From positions 776 to 64,775 of IMG/VR virus record IMGVR_UViG_3300033991_000020: 64,000 bases of DNA. One strand, given 5' to 3'. The stretch is from a virus. Its lineage: Duplodnaviria; Caudoviricetes. Position 1 is the first letter of the stretch. Each line of letters begins with the position of its first letter. Below the pieces are notes generated by a model. The model ran no database searches. It saw only the letters and a program-made list of their open reading frames with translations, and was not told where the DNA came from. Both the position numbers and the translations under genes were made by a program. Below, in pieces: positions 8,357-17,788 of this stretch.

Positions 8357-10063
8357 ATGGAACTTGCAAAATATTTAGACTATACTAATCTATCAAATAA
8401 AGCTACAAGACAAGAAATTAATCAAATGATTGAAAATTGTATTAAATATGGCTTCTATGGACTTTGCATCTCGCCTTGTTGGACTTTATATGCAAAGAAT
8501 AGACTAAAAAGACTTAATGCAACTACAAAATTGATAAGTGTCCCAAATTGGGTTGCAGGGGGAGGCCTTGAACAATGTGAAGGTATCTTAGACATAGTTT
8601 GTGATGTTTGTGATGAAGTAGATTTTATTTGGAATATTTATAATTATTCTGATTTAAAAGCTTGGGATAGGGTTGAAAAAGAATTAAAAGAAATAAGAGA
8701 ACTAACTAAAGGTAAAGTTTTAAAAGTTATTATTGAAGCCTATTATTTAAGAAAAATGGATGAAAATGTATATAAATTAGGATTAAATAATGTTTTTAAA
8801 GAAGCTTGTAGACTCGTTAGAGAAAGTGGTGCAGATTATATTAAATGTTTAGAAGGCTCGACCTCAATGTTAGTTAAAATAGATAACAAAATATTATATA
8901 CGACAATAAAAGATTTATATGACCATCACAAAAAAGATGTTGTTTATTTACCATCTGTAAATAAAAAAGGTCAATTTAAATGGGTAAAAGTATTAAATAC
9001 AATAAAACAAGTAAATAAAAAAGAATGTTTACAATTAAGATTATCAAACGGTTTATTTGTAACTTGTACGCAAGAACATAAACTTCCATATTTTGGTAGA
9101 ACAATTCGCTATGAAAGACCTTTTAACTATACCTTAAAGCAAACATCTGAATTTAAAAAAGGAGATTATATAGGTTTTATAAATAATTTACAGTATAATT
9201 CCTATTATAATAATGAAATTTATGATTACAATTTGGGTTTTTTTGTTGGAGCATTTTTAGCAGAAGGAACATATTCAAAAACAAATAGAGTAAGGTTTCA
9301 TTTAGGTCCAAGAGACAAAAAATCAATTATTCCAATACTTTTAAAAGTAATTAATAAATATGGGTATAAGTATAATATATCTAAAGATAAAGGAAGTAAA
9401 GGATTTACTTTTTTTGTCAATTCCCCGATGCTTAGAGCGTTACTACAAGATTTAATAATAGGAAAAATATCTAAAACAAAACATTTATCTAATATGATTT
9501 ACAATCTTCCGTTAGATTTTAGAACAGGACTTTTAGATGGTTATTTAGAAGGAAATGCTTCTACAAAAGATAGTAAAATATATCATATTGGAATGACCAA
9601 TAATAGAACGCTATTAGCAGATTTTATCGCTCTATGTAAAACAGTTGGTTATGCTATATCTATAGGACAAAAAGATTATTATCTTATTAAATATAGAAAT
9701 AAAACTTATAAAAAATTAAATTTCCAAATATATAAAAATAAAAGAAGGCCAATCGGTTTGCGACAAATTGTGGACATAAAGAGAATGAAAAAAAGATGGG
9801 TGTATGATATACAAACAGAAAAAGATAATATTTTTTTTACAGGTTATGGTATTTTAGTTCATAACTCAGATTCTGGTTTGTTCAAACGCCCAGAATTTGA
9901 AACATTAGCTGAAGATATAAAGATTATTAAAAAATACTCCAAAGGATTGCAGATAAAAGCTTCGGGCGGTGTTTCTACAAAAACTCAAGTTGAACAGTTA
10001 ATTAAAGCAGGTGCTGATAGAATAGGGACATCTAAAGCTTTGGAGATTATAAAGGGGACTTAG
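8357..10063 (+). CDS. deoC: deoxyribose-phosphate aldolase containing an intein
   Basis: LDYTNL, DEVDF, LKVIIEA, GADYIK/SDSG, IKASGGV, RIGTS; spliced product is 228 aa, typical DeoC size. Confidence 0.88.
   Translation: MELAKYLDYTNLSNKATRQEINQMIENCIKYGFYGLCISPCWTLYAKNRLKRLNATTKLISVPNWVAGGGLEQCEGILDIVCDVCDEVDFIWNIYNYSDLKAWDRVEKELKEIRELTKGKVLKVIIEAYYLRKMDENVYKLGLNNVFKEACRLVRESGADYIKCLEGSTSMLVKIDNKILYTTIKDLYDHHKKDVVYLPSVNKKGQFKWVKVLNTIKQVNKKECLQLRLSNGLFVTCTQEHKLPYFGRTIRYERPFNYTLKQTSEFKKGDYIGFINNLQYNSYYNNEIYDYNLGFFVGAFLAEGTYSKTNRVRFHLGPRDKKSIIPILLKVINKYGYKYNISKDKGSKGFTFFVNSPMLRALLQDLIIGKISKTKHLSNMIYNLPLDFRTGLLDGYLEGNASTKDSKIYHIGMTNNRTLLADFIALCKTVGYAISIGQKDYYLIKYRNKTYKKLNFQIYKNKRRPIGLRQIVDIKRMKKRWVYDIQTEKDNIFFTGYGILVHNSDSGLFKRPEFETLAEDIKIIKKYSKGLQIKASGGVSTKTQVEQLIKAGADRIGTSKALEIIKGT
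8846..9865 (+). mobile_element. intein (340 aa) with LAGLIDADG domain, in deoC
   Basis: Starts CLEGSTSML; block B TCTQEHKL; VGAFLAEG and LDGYLEGNA motifs; ends VYDIQTEKDNIFFTGYGILVHN/S. Confidence 0.92.
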
Positions 10064-10064
10064 T

Positions 10065-10640
10065 ATGTATAAACATGATATGAGTAGCGATAAAAGAATT
10101 AAATGGACTACTTATTTTGCAGGAGCCATTGAACATGCTAATAAGGCTGATATGACGGATTTTAGGACAGAATTATCTGAAAAATTATCTTGCCCAGATT
10201 TATTAATCTATGACCCAGTGGCACAGGAAGCAACAAAAGTAGGACAAGAAGCAGGAAAACAGGTTGAATATATTAAAAATCTAAAAAGAGCAGGGCATTG
10301 GTCAATTTTTTTCGACGAAATGTGGAGGATATGGTTTGGTTCTATCTCTCAAAATACCGATTTAATCCATTTATTAACGGCTTTACGAATGCGAAAACAT
10401 ATAGAAGGTAATCGTCCTAGAGATATACAATTTTGGGGTGATTCAGAAGCAGTAGTTAGGAGTGATTTTATTGTAGTTTATTTACCCAAAGATATAAAAA
10501 CTATTGGTACTATTTATGAAGTAGTTTTTGCCTTTTTATTTAGAATACCTATTTATCTAATTTTACCAGACCATCCGAATACGGAGGCGAATTCTTCAGG
10601 GGATTGTGTTAAAAGCATAAAAGAAACATATAAAATTTGA
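10065..10640 (+). CDS. nucleoside 2-deoxyribosyltransferase / nucleotide N-hydrolase-like protein
   Basis: YFAGAI, YDPV, DSEAVVRSDFIVVYLP, GTIYEV motifs. Confidence 0.7.
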   Translation: MYKHDMSSDKRIKWTTYFAGAIEHANKADMTDFRTELSEKLSCPDLLIYDPVAQEATKVGQEAGKQVEYIKNLKRAGHWSIFFDEMWRIWFGSISQNTDLIHLLTALRMRKHIEGNRPRDIQFWGDSEAVVRSDFIVVYLPKDIKTIGTIYEVVFAFLFRIPIYLILPDHPNTEANSSGDCVKSIKETYKI

Positions 10641-10703
10641 AGGAGAAATATCATTGAAGATTTAAAAATTTTGGATGGGTTACTTCCGTATAAGGAGACT
10701 AAT

Positions 10704-10985
10704 ATGACTAAAAGTAAACTTAAAAAAGTATATTGGGTCTATAACAATCATATAATTAAAAAAATAGCTATTTCAGCCAACTATAAAAATATAGAGGATT
10801 ATATTAGAACTTGTGCAGGCCCAGTAAATTTTAGTATTTATGCTAAAACTAAAAAAGATTGCTATTATAAAGTAATTGATAATATTTATGATAAAATTAA
10901 ACAAGTTGGAATACAAACAACTTGGAGTCTTGGTAGTTTATTAGAAGAATTAAGGTGTTTAAGAAAAGAGAGTCAAAATGGTTAA
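10704..10985 (+). CDS. hypothetical protein
   Basis: AAGGAG RBS before ATG 10704. Confidence 0.55.
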   Translation: MTKSKLKKVYWVYNNHIIKKIAISANYKNIEDYIRTCAGPVNFSIYAKTKKDCYYKVIDNIYDKIKQVGIQTTWSLGSLLEELRCLRKESQNG

Positions 10986-11328
10986 AAAAATTCCTTGTTT
11001 TATCTGTAGAGTTTTAACAGAAGTAAAAGATGAACGAGCAATAGCTATTTTATGTCCAGAACATAAAACTACAGAGAATATAGAAAAAATGAAGAACACC
11101 CCAACTCATCAATTGCTTAGGATTTTGAATGACGGAGTTAAGCAAGAGTTAGAAGTAAATAAACTTGAAACTACAAAACAAATAGAGAGTTTAAAGAATC
11201 AGATTGCCCAATTAGAAGCCCAATTAAAAACACAAGAAACAAAGGTTAAAGAAGTATATGAGGCTCCAAAAGCTATTTTAGAAGCTAAACCAGATGGTAC
11301 TGTAAATGAGTGGGGGGAGGTAGTTTGA
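10978..11328 (+). CDS. hypothetical protein, Zn-finger plus coiled coil
   Basis: CFIC...CPEH and a heptad-rich C-terminus; similar architecture to 42318..42515. Confidence 0.6.
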   Translation: MVKKIPCFICRVLTEVKDERAIAILCPEHKTTENIEKMKNTPTHQLLRILNDGVKQELEVNKLETTKQIESLKNQIAQLEAQLKTQETKVKEVYEAPKAILEAKPDGTVNEWGEVV

Positions 11329-11495
11329 TGAAGACATTAGAGTTGTCTGCACAGGTTACACTTGAAGATTCAATTGGACTTGAAATAGAAGTAGAGACAG
11401 TTTGTGGGTCCAGATTAATAACTGTTAATAAAAAAGGCGATTTTAAACAAGGGGACATTGTTCGAGTTCTAATTGTTCCTTTACATGGAAACTAA
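11328..11495 (+). CDS. hypothetical protein
   Basis: GGAGG RBS; TGATG overlap. Confidence 0.55.
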   Translation: MKTLELSAQVTLEDSIGLEIEVETVCGSRLITVNKKGDFKQGDIVRVLIVPLHGN

Positions 11496-11600
11496 GAAAG
11501 AATAATTATTATACCCGTTTGGGATGAATTATTTAAATTTAACTACTTTTAACTCAAATTTCAGCTAATTTATTATTAATTATACCCTATAGGAGCTCAA

Positions 11601-11825
11601 ATGAATCAAGAATTTAAAATAGGTAATTTAAAATTAGTGCAAGATGATGATGGGTACGCAATTATGCGTCAAATAGAAGAAGGAATTTGGGAAGCAATTG
11701 CTACATTCAAATATCCAGAAGATGCGATAACTTATTTTGCTAATACAATAATGCAAGCCTTGGCTTATCAACAAACTATGGGAGAAAGAAATGCGAGACA
11801 AGAAAAGAATTCCCAAAATAATTAA
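11601..11825 (+). CDS. hypothetical protein
   Basis: AGGAG RBS. Confidence 0.6.
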   Translation: MNQEFKIGNLKLVQDDDGYAIMRQIEEGIWEAIATFKYPEDAITYFANTIMQALAYQQTMGERNARQEKNSQNN

Positions 11826-11967
11826 ACAATTAGAAAAAATATGGAAAGAGCATCCTGAATTAAGACTTGGACAACTTATTCAAAATTGTTTTGATGATAT
11901 TTATTATATAGAAGACGATACTCTTATTAGTGTTATTGAAAGGTTTTATAAAAATGCCAAAATGTGA
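11791..11967 (+). CDS. small phage protein (MRDKKRI...LRLGQL type), absent from the ORF track
   Basis: 58-aa ORF read manually with GGAG RBS; resembles a common small phage family (from memory). Confidence 0.6.
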   Translation: MRDKKRIPKIIKQLEKIWKEHPELRLGQLIQNCFDDIYYIEDDTLISVIERFYKNAKM

Positions 11968-14518
11968 AAAATGTGAATTGTATAAAACTAGCCAAGTTAA
12001 AAGTAACGGTAAGGTGTGTGAATGTATTTGTCTACAAGGAGAAGGTCCAAAAACTGCCAAAATACTCTTTGTAGGGTTGTGCCCAGGAAAAAATGAGATA
12101 ATTAACAAAAAGCCATTTGTTGGAGATTCTGGACAAATGTTAAATGCTTGTTTGCAGGAAGCTGGCATAAAGAGAAGTGAAATCTATTTAACCAATTTAG
12201 TCAAGTGCCGTAGTTTGCCAGTTGAAAAAAAACCAGGGTATTGGGAAGACAGGGAACCCAATACTAAAGAAATTAAAGCTTGTTTACCATATTTAGAAGA
12301 AGAAATTAAAGAGATTAAACCAAATGTTATAGTTTTATTAGGTAATTTAGTATCAAAAACAATTATAGGCAAAACTAATATTACTCAAATTCACGGTAAT
12401 CCTTTTTGGAGTGAACAATATCAAACAACGTGTATTCCATTATATCATCCATCTTTCTTAGTTAGACGCAAGGATGTAGAAGGATTAAAGAATAGACAAG
12501 ATTTTATAGAAGATTTAAAGTTTGTCAAACAGTCTGCTGAAACTTCAGAGTTTAAAGCAAAAACAAAGAAGAAAACACATTATATTGTATGCGATACTTT
12601 ACCAAAGATTGTAAAAGCTATTAAACGATTAAGTAGTTTACAGGAGTTTGCTTTTGATATTGAAACTACGGGTTTAGCCGTTGATGATGATAGAGTGCTT
12701 TGCTTATCATTTTCTTGGGCAGAAGCTACTGGTATAGTTATTCCTATTTGGGATTGGCAAAGAAAGGAACTGTGGAGCCAGGAAGACTTGGCATATATCA
12801 AAAATCAATTAAAACCTATAATGGAGAATCCAAATATAAAGAAAATAGGGCATAATATTAGTTTTGATATTTTCTTTTTAAATAAGAAGTGGGGATGGGA
12901 CATTCAGGGAGCCTACTTTGACACAATGTTTGCTTATTATTTATTAGACCCAGATAGAAAAGGAAGTCAAAGATTGCATGATTTAGCTTGGATATATACG
13001 GATATGGGCGGTTATGATGAGAGAGTGAAAGCCGATAGAGAAAATGGATTTAAAAATACAGCATGGGATGACTTATATGAGTACAGCGTAGGTGATTCTG
13101 ATTGTACCTATCGAATATATCAAGCAATAAAGACAGATTTAGAATCTTATATGTTTGTTATGTCAAATATTATGGTCCCCCTTTCTTTAGTAACAACTGA
13201 AATGGCTTATAATGGTATACAAATAGATATAGAGTATTTAGATAAAATGACAAAGGAATATGCACAACGTATTGAAGAAGCAGAGAAAGCAATTTATGAA
13301 CTAACAGATATAAAAGCCTATACGGAAAATTATATTAAAAAGCAGCGTAAAGTTATTTTGATTAAGTATGAAAAATCTAAAATACTAAGTAAAAAATATA
13401 CAAAAGAAGAGTATTTAAAAAAGAATTTAAAACCTGTTAATTTAGGGTCAACAACTCAATTACGAGATTTACTGTTTAATCATTTAGGTTTAACTATTGT
13501 CAAGAAAACAAAATTAACAAAAAAAGCCTCAACCGACGAAGCGGCCTTAGAATTATTAAAAGGAGAGCATGAGTTTATTGATAAATTATTAGAGTTGCGT
13601 TATTTGAAGAAAATACATAGTACCTACTTGGAACCAATAAAAGAGAAACTGGATGAAAATGGAAGACTGCATACAGAGTATATGCTAAATCGTACAGCAA
13701 CAGGTAGATTGGCATCTAGGAATATTAATTTACAAAATATTCCAAAGAAAAAAGATGGTAAACTAATTAGGGATTATTTTATTGCCTCAAAAGGAAATTT
13801 TTTAATAAGTTCAGATGAACGTCAAATTGAATATCGTGTCTTGGCTCATTTTGTTAATGATAAAAAACAATTAGATGACATTAAAAATGGCCAAGATATT
13901 CATAGAGAAGTAGCGGCAAACGCTTATAAAATACCGAAAGAACAAGTCACAAGTGAACAAAGAGATGGGGCTAAAGCGGTCACGTTTGGATTGCCCTATG
14001 GTCGAAGCGCCGTGTCTTTAGCTGAGGAATATGATATGTCTCCAGAAGAGGCTGAAGAGTTTATTAGAGCGTTTTTTAATAAGTATCCAAAGGTAAAACT
14101 ATGGATAGATATGATGATTAAAGTAGCAAAACAAAAGGGCTATGTTAAAAACTTTTTTGGTAGAAAAAGATACTTGCTAAAAATAAATGACCAAGATAAT
14201 TTTATACGTGGAGAAGAAGAACGAAAAGTAGTATCCACTTGTATACAAAGTACCGCCTCAGATATTTTGTCGTTAGCAACTATTAGAATTGCTAAGGAAT
14301 TAAAAGAATTAAAAAGCAAGGCAAAACTAGTTTTAACCATCCATGATGAGGTTGTGTTAGACGTACCAAAAAATGAGAAAGAAGAGATTATATCGTTACT
14401 TAAAACAGAGATGCAAAGACCAATAGATGGAATTAGAGTACCAATTGAAACAGAAATAAAAATTGGGGAACGGTGGGGGTCTTTGGAAAAATATGAGGAG
14501 GTTGAAAATGAAAAATAA
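11954..14518 (+). CDS. polA: family A DNA polymerase with N-terminal uracil-DNA glycosylase-like domain and 3'-5' exonuclease
   Basis: UDG4-like CEKC, PFVG, TNLVKCR, YHPS; Exo FDIET, GHNISFD; Pol TATGRLAS, DERQIEYR, AKAVTFGLPYG, IHDE. Confidence 0.93.
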   Translation: MPKCEKCELYKTSQVKSNGKVCECICLQGEGPKTAKILFVGLCPGKNEIINKKPFVGDSGQMLNACLQEAGIKRSEIYLTNLVKCRSLPVEKKPGYWEDREPNTKEIKACLPYLEEEIKEIKPNVIVLLGNLVSKTIIGKTNITQIHGNPFWSEQYQTTCIPLYHPSFLVRRKDVEGLKNRQDFIEDLKFVKQSAETSEFKAKTKKKTHYIVCDTLPKIVKAIKRLSSLQEFAFDIETTGLAVDDDRVLCLSFSWAEATGIVIPIWDWQRKELWSQEDLAYIKNQLKPIMENPNIKKIGHNISFDIFFLNKKWGWDIQGAYFDTMFAYYLLDPDRKGSQRLHDLAWIYTDMGGYDERVKADRENGFKNTAWDDLYEYSVGDSDCTYRIYQAIKTDLESYMFVMSNIMVPLSLVTTEMAYNGIQIDIEYLDKMTKEYAQRIEEAEKAIYELTDIKAYTENYIKKQRKVILIKYEKSKILSKKYTKEEYLKKNLKPVNLGSTTQLRDLLFNHLGLTIVKKTKLTKKASTDEAALELLKGEHEFIDKLLELRYLKKIHSTYLEPIKEKLDENGRLHTEYMLNRTATGRLASRNINLQNIPKKKDGKLIRDYFIASKGNFLISSDERQIEYRVLAHFVNDKKQLDDIKNGQDIHREVAANAYKIPKEQVTSEQRDGAKAVTFGLPYGRSAVSLAEEYDMSPEEAEEFIRAFFNKYPKVKLWIDMMIKVAKQKGYVKNFFGRKRYLLKINDQDNFIRGEEERKVVSTCIQSTASDILSLATIRIAKELKELKSKAKLVLTIHDEVVLDVPKNEKEEIISLLKTEMQRPIDGIRVPIETEIKIGERWGSLEKYEEVENEK

Positions 14519-14696
14519 AGTATCTGTAGAAAAGAAACAAATAATGAAAAGATGTGGTTGTACACATCAATTACCAGACAAAAGAATAGCTGCAAACCCT
14601 AATTGTAAGAGTTGTAATGGAACTGGTGAGTTAGAAGATAGTATTTATTTTCATACAGCAAATGGAATCTGTATAGAAGGAGATACCATAAAATAA
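14508..14696 (+). CDS. small Cys-rich hypothetical protein
   Basis: GGAGG RBS; CGC...CKSCNGTG. Confidence 0.55.
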   Translation: MKNKVSVEKKQIMKRCGCTHQLPDKRIAANPNCKSCNGTGELEDSIYFHTANGICIEGDTIK

Positions 14697-14936
14697 AGTA
14701 ATAAGAGGAATAGAGATATTAAAAATTTATTAGTTATAGTATTTTTTATAGGTATTTAGGAGGATATAAAATGGATGTTGTAAAACAAATGAAGGCAATA
14801 AAATTAAAAAGAGTTATAAGATGTTTTGAATTTGGTAAAAGAGAATATCCTAAAATACGTGAAATTAAAAATACTTGTTGTTTTAGGTGGTATGCAAGAG
14901 GCTGGATTGAAGCAGATAATCAAAGGAGGAAAATAA

Positions 14937-15128
14937 ATGAAAGTTATTAAGCTTACACATGGACAAGGGGTAGTTCGTAATACTGGAAACTATGAATCAG
15001 TAAGGATTTACAATGAGGTAGAAGTAACTATTAACGAAGGCGATAGTGTTAAGGATGCCCATGTTAAACTTAGAGAAGCAGTAGAAAAGTTAAATAAGCA
15101 GGATTTAGATAGAATTTTAGGTGAATAG
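14937..15128 (+). CDS. hypothetical protein
   Basis: AGGAGG RBS; GNYESVRI motif. Confidence 0.65.
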   Translation: MKVIKLTHGQGVVRNTGNYESVRIYNEVEVTINEGDSVKDAHVKLREAVEKLNKQDLDRILGE

Positions 15129-15130
15129 CC

Positions 15131-15160
15131 TTGACAAACTGGCTTTAAATATGTTATACT
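15131..15160 (+). promoter_or_regulatory. sigma70/SigA-type promoter with extended -10
   Basis: TTGACA-18 nt-TATACT with TG at the extended -10 position, followed by AGGAGG and a 44-aa ORF at 15180..15314. Confidence 0.75.
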
Positions 15161-15313
15161 TATATTAGGAGGTTAGTTTATGTTTAAAGTAATAATTATT
15201 AAAGAAAATAAATCTCCAAGGCAAAGACAATTTGAAACTAAAGATTTAGCTAGTACCTATATAGAAAAGAAAAAGAAACAAGGCCATAAAATAATAGAAA
15301 TTAAGGAGGAATA

Positions 15314-15754
15314 ATGAAAGAAACAATCAAAATGTTGGGGCTAGAGCAAGGGATTAATGAAATGGTTGCCTTATATAAAAGAATTCCTAAATCGGGAGCT
15401 ATTTCTCCTGATGAAGCAATGGTACTACATGTTTTATTTTGGCAAATGAAAACTAAGTTATCGGATATGGTTACTAAGGCAGAACGTTATGAATTGGATA
15501 TTAAACAAAAGAGAGATAATTTAGATGTTGATATTCAAAGTGAAAGTGAAGAAAAAAGTGAAGCAAGTAAACAAAGAGTTTCAAAAGCTGATAAACGCTG
15601 GAGAGAATTACAGGATAAAAGATTAGAAGCGCAAGTACTTACTAATTATCTTAAAATGAAAAGAGAGGATTTTGACCAGGCTGTTTATGTTATGAGAACC
15701 TCTGTAACCTATGGACATAAGGACGAACAATCAACACCCACTCAAGAAATTTAA
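15314..15754 (+). CDS. helical hypothetical protein, possibly UvsY-like recombination mediator
   Basis: 146 aa, coiled-coil character, directly upstream of the SSB-like gene; function inferred from context only. Confidence 0.4.
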   Translation: MKETIKMLGLEQGINEMVALYKRIPKSGAISPDEAMVLHVLFWQMKTKLSDMVTKAERYELDIKQKRDNLDVDIQSESEEKSEASKQRVSKADKRWRELQDKRLEAQVLTNYLKMKREDFDQAVYVMRTSVTYGHKDEQSTPTQEI

Positions 15755-15787
15755 CAAAAGTTATTAAAATAAAAAAGGAGACTAAAA

Positions 15788-16426
15788 ATGCCAGAGAACC
15801 AAAAACAAAATAATGTAGACTTCTTAGATGATTTTGTAGTAACAGTAAGAAAGGCAAAGAGTAATGAAGATAGGCCCCTTTTACCAGAGTTGACTTGGCT
15901 ACCAGCTGTAATTAAACAAATCAAGAAGAAACAACTACCGAAAAGCCAAAGTGTTCGGGCTCATTTTACATTTATTATCAGCTCTGGAAAATACAAAGAC
16001 CAATATGCTTGGGGGTCTGTCCCATTGCATGAGGAAATAACCGAAAAGGCCGACCTTTACAGATGGTTATGCAATATTCTTGGCAAGACGGAGTTAGATG
16101 TAGAAGAAAATGTACGTATTGGTGATTTAGTTGGCAAAAGAGTTGAAATTATGGTCAAAAATACAAAGGTTGGAACTAAGACTTATCAAAATGTAACTGA
16201 AGTAAAGGCACAAGAGGAAGTTGAATCCGATGAGGCTTCTGTGGAAACCGAAAAACCAAAACAGGTTACTAAACCCGTAGCAACAATAAAAGCTCCTGTA
16301 AAGACCGTTACAAAGCCAGCCCCTAAAAAAGAAGTTGTTGAAGAAGAGCCAGAAGGTGCAGACTTAAATGTAGAGGAAGTTGCAGAGCCAACAGACGAAA
16401 TATCAGAAGACGATTTACCCTTTTAG
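15788..16426 (+). CDS. single-stranded DNA-binding protein-like (DUF669-like)
   Basis: DLVGKRVEIMVKN...YQNV OB-fold-like segment; P/K/T-rich linker; acidic tail EDDLPF. Confidence 0.7.
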   Translation: MPENQKQNNVDFLDDFVVTVRKAKSNEDRPLLPELTWLPAVIKQIKKKQLPKSQSVRAHFTFIISSGKYKDQYAWGSVPLHEEITEKADLYRWLCNILGKTELDVEENVRIGDLVGKRVEIMVKNTKVGTKTYQNVTEVKAQEEVESDEASVETEKPKQVTKPVATIKAPVKTVTKPAPKKEVVEEEPEGADLNVEEVAEPTDEISEDDLPF

Positions 16427-16489
16427 TTTAAAAAGTGTTAAAAAAGTATAGTCAAACTAGGCAATTTTAACAAAATATAAACCAAAGAA

Positions 16490-16606
16490 GTTTGTATGGC
16501 GAAAATAGACGCAAGGTGTCGCCCCGAAAAGCATAGTTCAGAGAATGTGCGGTATCTGAATCTGTCCTGACATGAGGACGTGTAGGTTCAAATCCTACTA
16601 CAAACT
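16490..16606 (+). ncRNA. tRNA-like RNA (Leu/Ser-type body) with an expanded anticodon region
   Basis: Acceptor GTTTGTA/TACAAAC; TGGCGAAAATAGACGC D-arm; GTCCT/AGGAC variable arm; GTAGG-TTCAAAT-CCTAC T-arm; 42 nt in place of a normal anticodon loop; no CCA. Confidence 0.65.
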
Positions 16607-16628
16607 TCTTTTATAGGTTTGGAGACTA

Positions 16629-17261
16629 ATGAAAGTTTTGGCTTTAGACGTATCCACTAGCACAACAGGGTTTGCGGTTATTAATAATAATTTTAAATTA
16701 TTAGAGTATGGACAGTTTTCTATAAAAGATAGAACATTATCCGATACCATGTATACTGTAGAAATTACGGATAAGGTCCTGGCTTTAACTGAAAAGTATA
16801 AAGTTGATGCTATTATAATTGAGGATATTTTTTGTGTAGACCCAAAAGTTTTTAGGAGATGGGCTAGGGTACATGGTGGTATGGCTATTACGTGGTATAA
16901 AAAGACTAAGAAAGAACCCGTATTTATGATGGCTGTATCGGCTAGACCAAAAACTAATATAAGTGGAAAAGCTTCTAAAATAGAGGTTCAATTAGAAATA
17001 TCCAAAAGATACAACCTTGTTGATAAAGTTATTCTTAGCAAATATTTAAAAGCATTCAATACCTTAATAGAAGAAAAAGAAAATAAGATTAAAGCCATAG
17101 AAAAAGAAATTAAGGATAAAAAGAAACAAGCAGAAGAAAAAAAGAAGATAAGTGGTAAATTTAAGTATGCTGTAAGTAAGCTAAGTGAGGATTTTGAGAA
17201 GGTAGGGATTTCGGAGCACCAAGCAGATGCAATAGTTTTAGGAATAGCTTTTTTTAAATAG
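16629..17261 (+). CDS. RuvC-like Holliday junction resolvase
   Basis: VLALDVSTSTTGFAV, IIIED, KASK, HQADAIVLG. Confidence 0.8.
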   Translation: MKVLALDVSTSTTGFAVINNNFKLLEYGQFSIKDRTLSDTMYTVEITDKVLALTEKYKVDAIIIEDIFCVDPKVFRRWARVHGGMAITWYKKTKKEPVFMMAVSARPKTNISGKASKIEVQLEISKRYNLVDKVILSKYLKAFNTLIEEKENKIKAIEKEIKDKKKQAEEKKKISGKFKYAVSKLSEDFEKVGISEHQADAIVLGIAFFK

Positions 17262-17440
17262 GAGTAGTAAATGAGACCGAAACATTTACCCTGTATAAAT
17301 ACGCCAGAAGGAATTAGACGTATTAACGAAATACAAGCTGAATATGACAAAGACCCCGAAGATTGAACAATTTGATAATTGCTATGGCAGAGATGAAAAT
17401 GGAAATTGGCAATAATTAACTTAACAAGGAGAAATAGCTT

Positions 17441-17788
17441 ATGTCCTTTATTTGTAAAGTATGTGGTCCAGTGGGAAATTGTCAAAAACAAACTAAGATT
17501 CCAACTAAGATAAGAGATGTAGAATATAATCTACAAGTAAAGACTATTTATGCAGATGGCGAGACTATTAAAACAGTTAGAAAATCTCAAGGAACAGAGC
17601 TTGTAGAAGAAGGTGTTTATTGTATTAAGCACATACCAGAAAAATTTAAGCCTATAAAAGAAGAAAAAGTAACAAGAGACCAGCTTATAAAAACAATAGC
17701 TGTAAGAAAAAATAATGAGAAAGATAACGAGATAGATGAGGAAAATACAAAAAGAAATATCCGTACTAAAGATAAAAAGGAACAATAA
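17441..17788 (+). CDS. hypothetical Zn-binding protein
   Basis: CKVC...CIKH; AGGAG RBS. Confidence 0.55.
   Translation: MSFICKVCGPVGNCQKQTKIPTKIRDVEYNLQVKTIYADGETIKTVRKSQGTELVEEGVYCIKHIPEKFKPIKEEKVTRDQLIKTIAVRKNNEKDNEIDEENTKRNIRTKDKKEQ

Noticed and set aside
16490-16606. Canonical tRNA call with an assigned anticodon
   Set aside because: No 7-nt anticodon loop can be defined; reported as a tRNA-like RNA instead
17271-17415. Possible frameshifted small gene (MRPKHLPC...DPED-stop plus an out-of-frame tail)
   Set aside because: No recognisable family, so a deletion or frameshift cannot be supported
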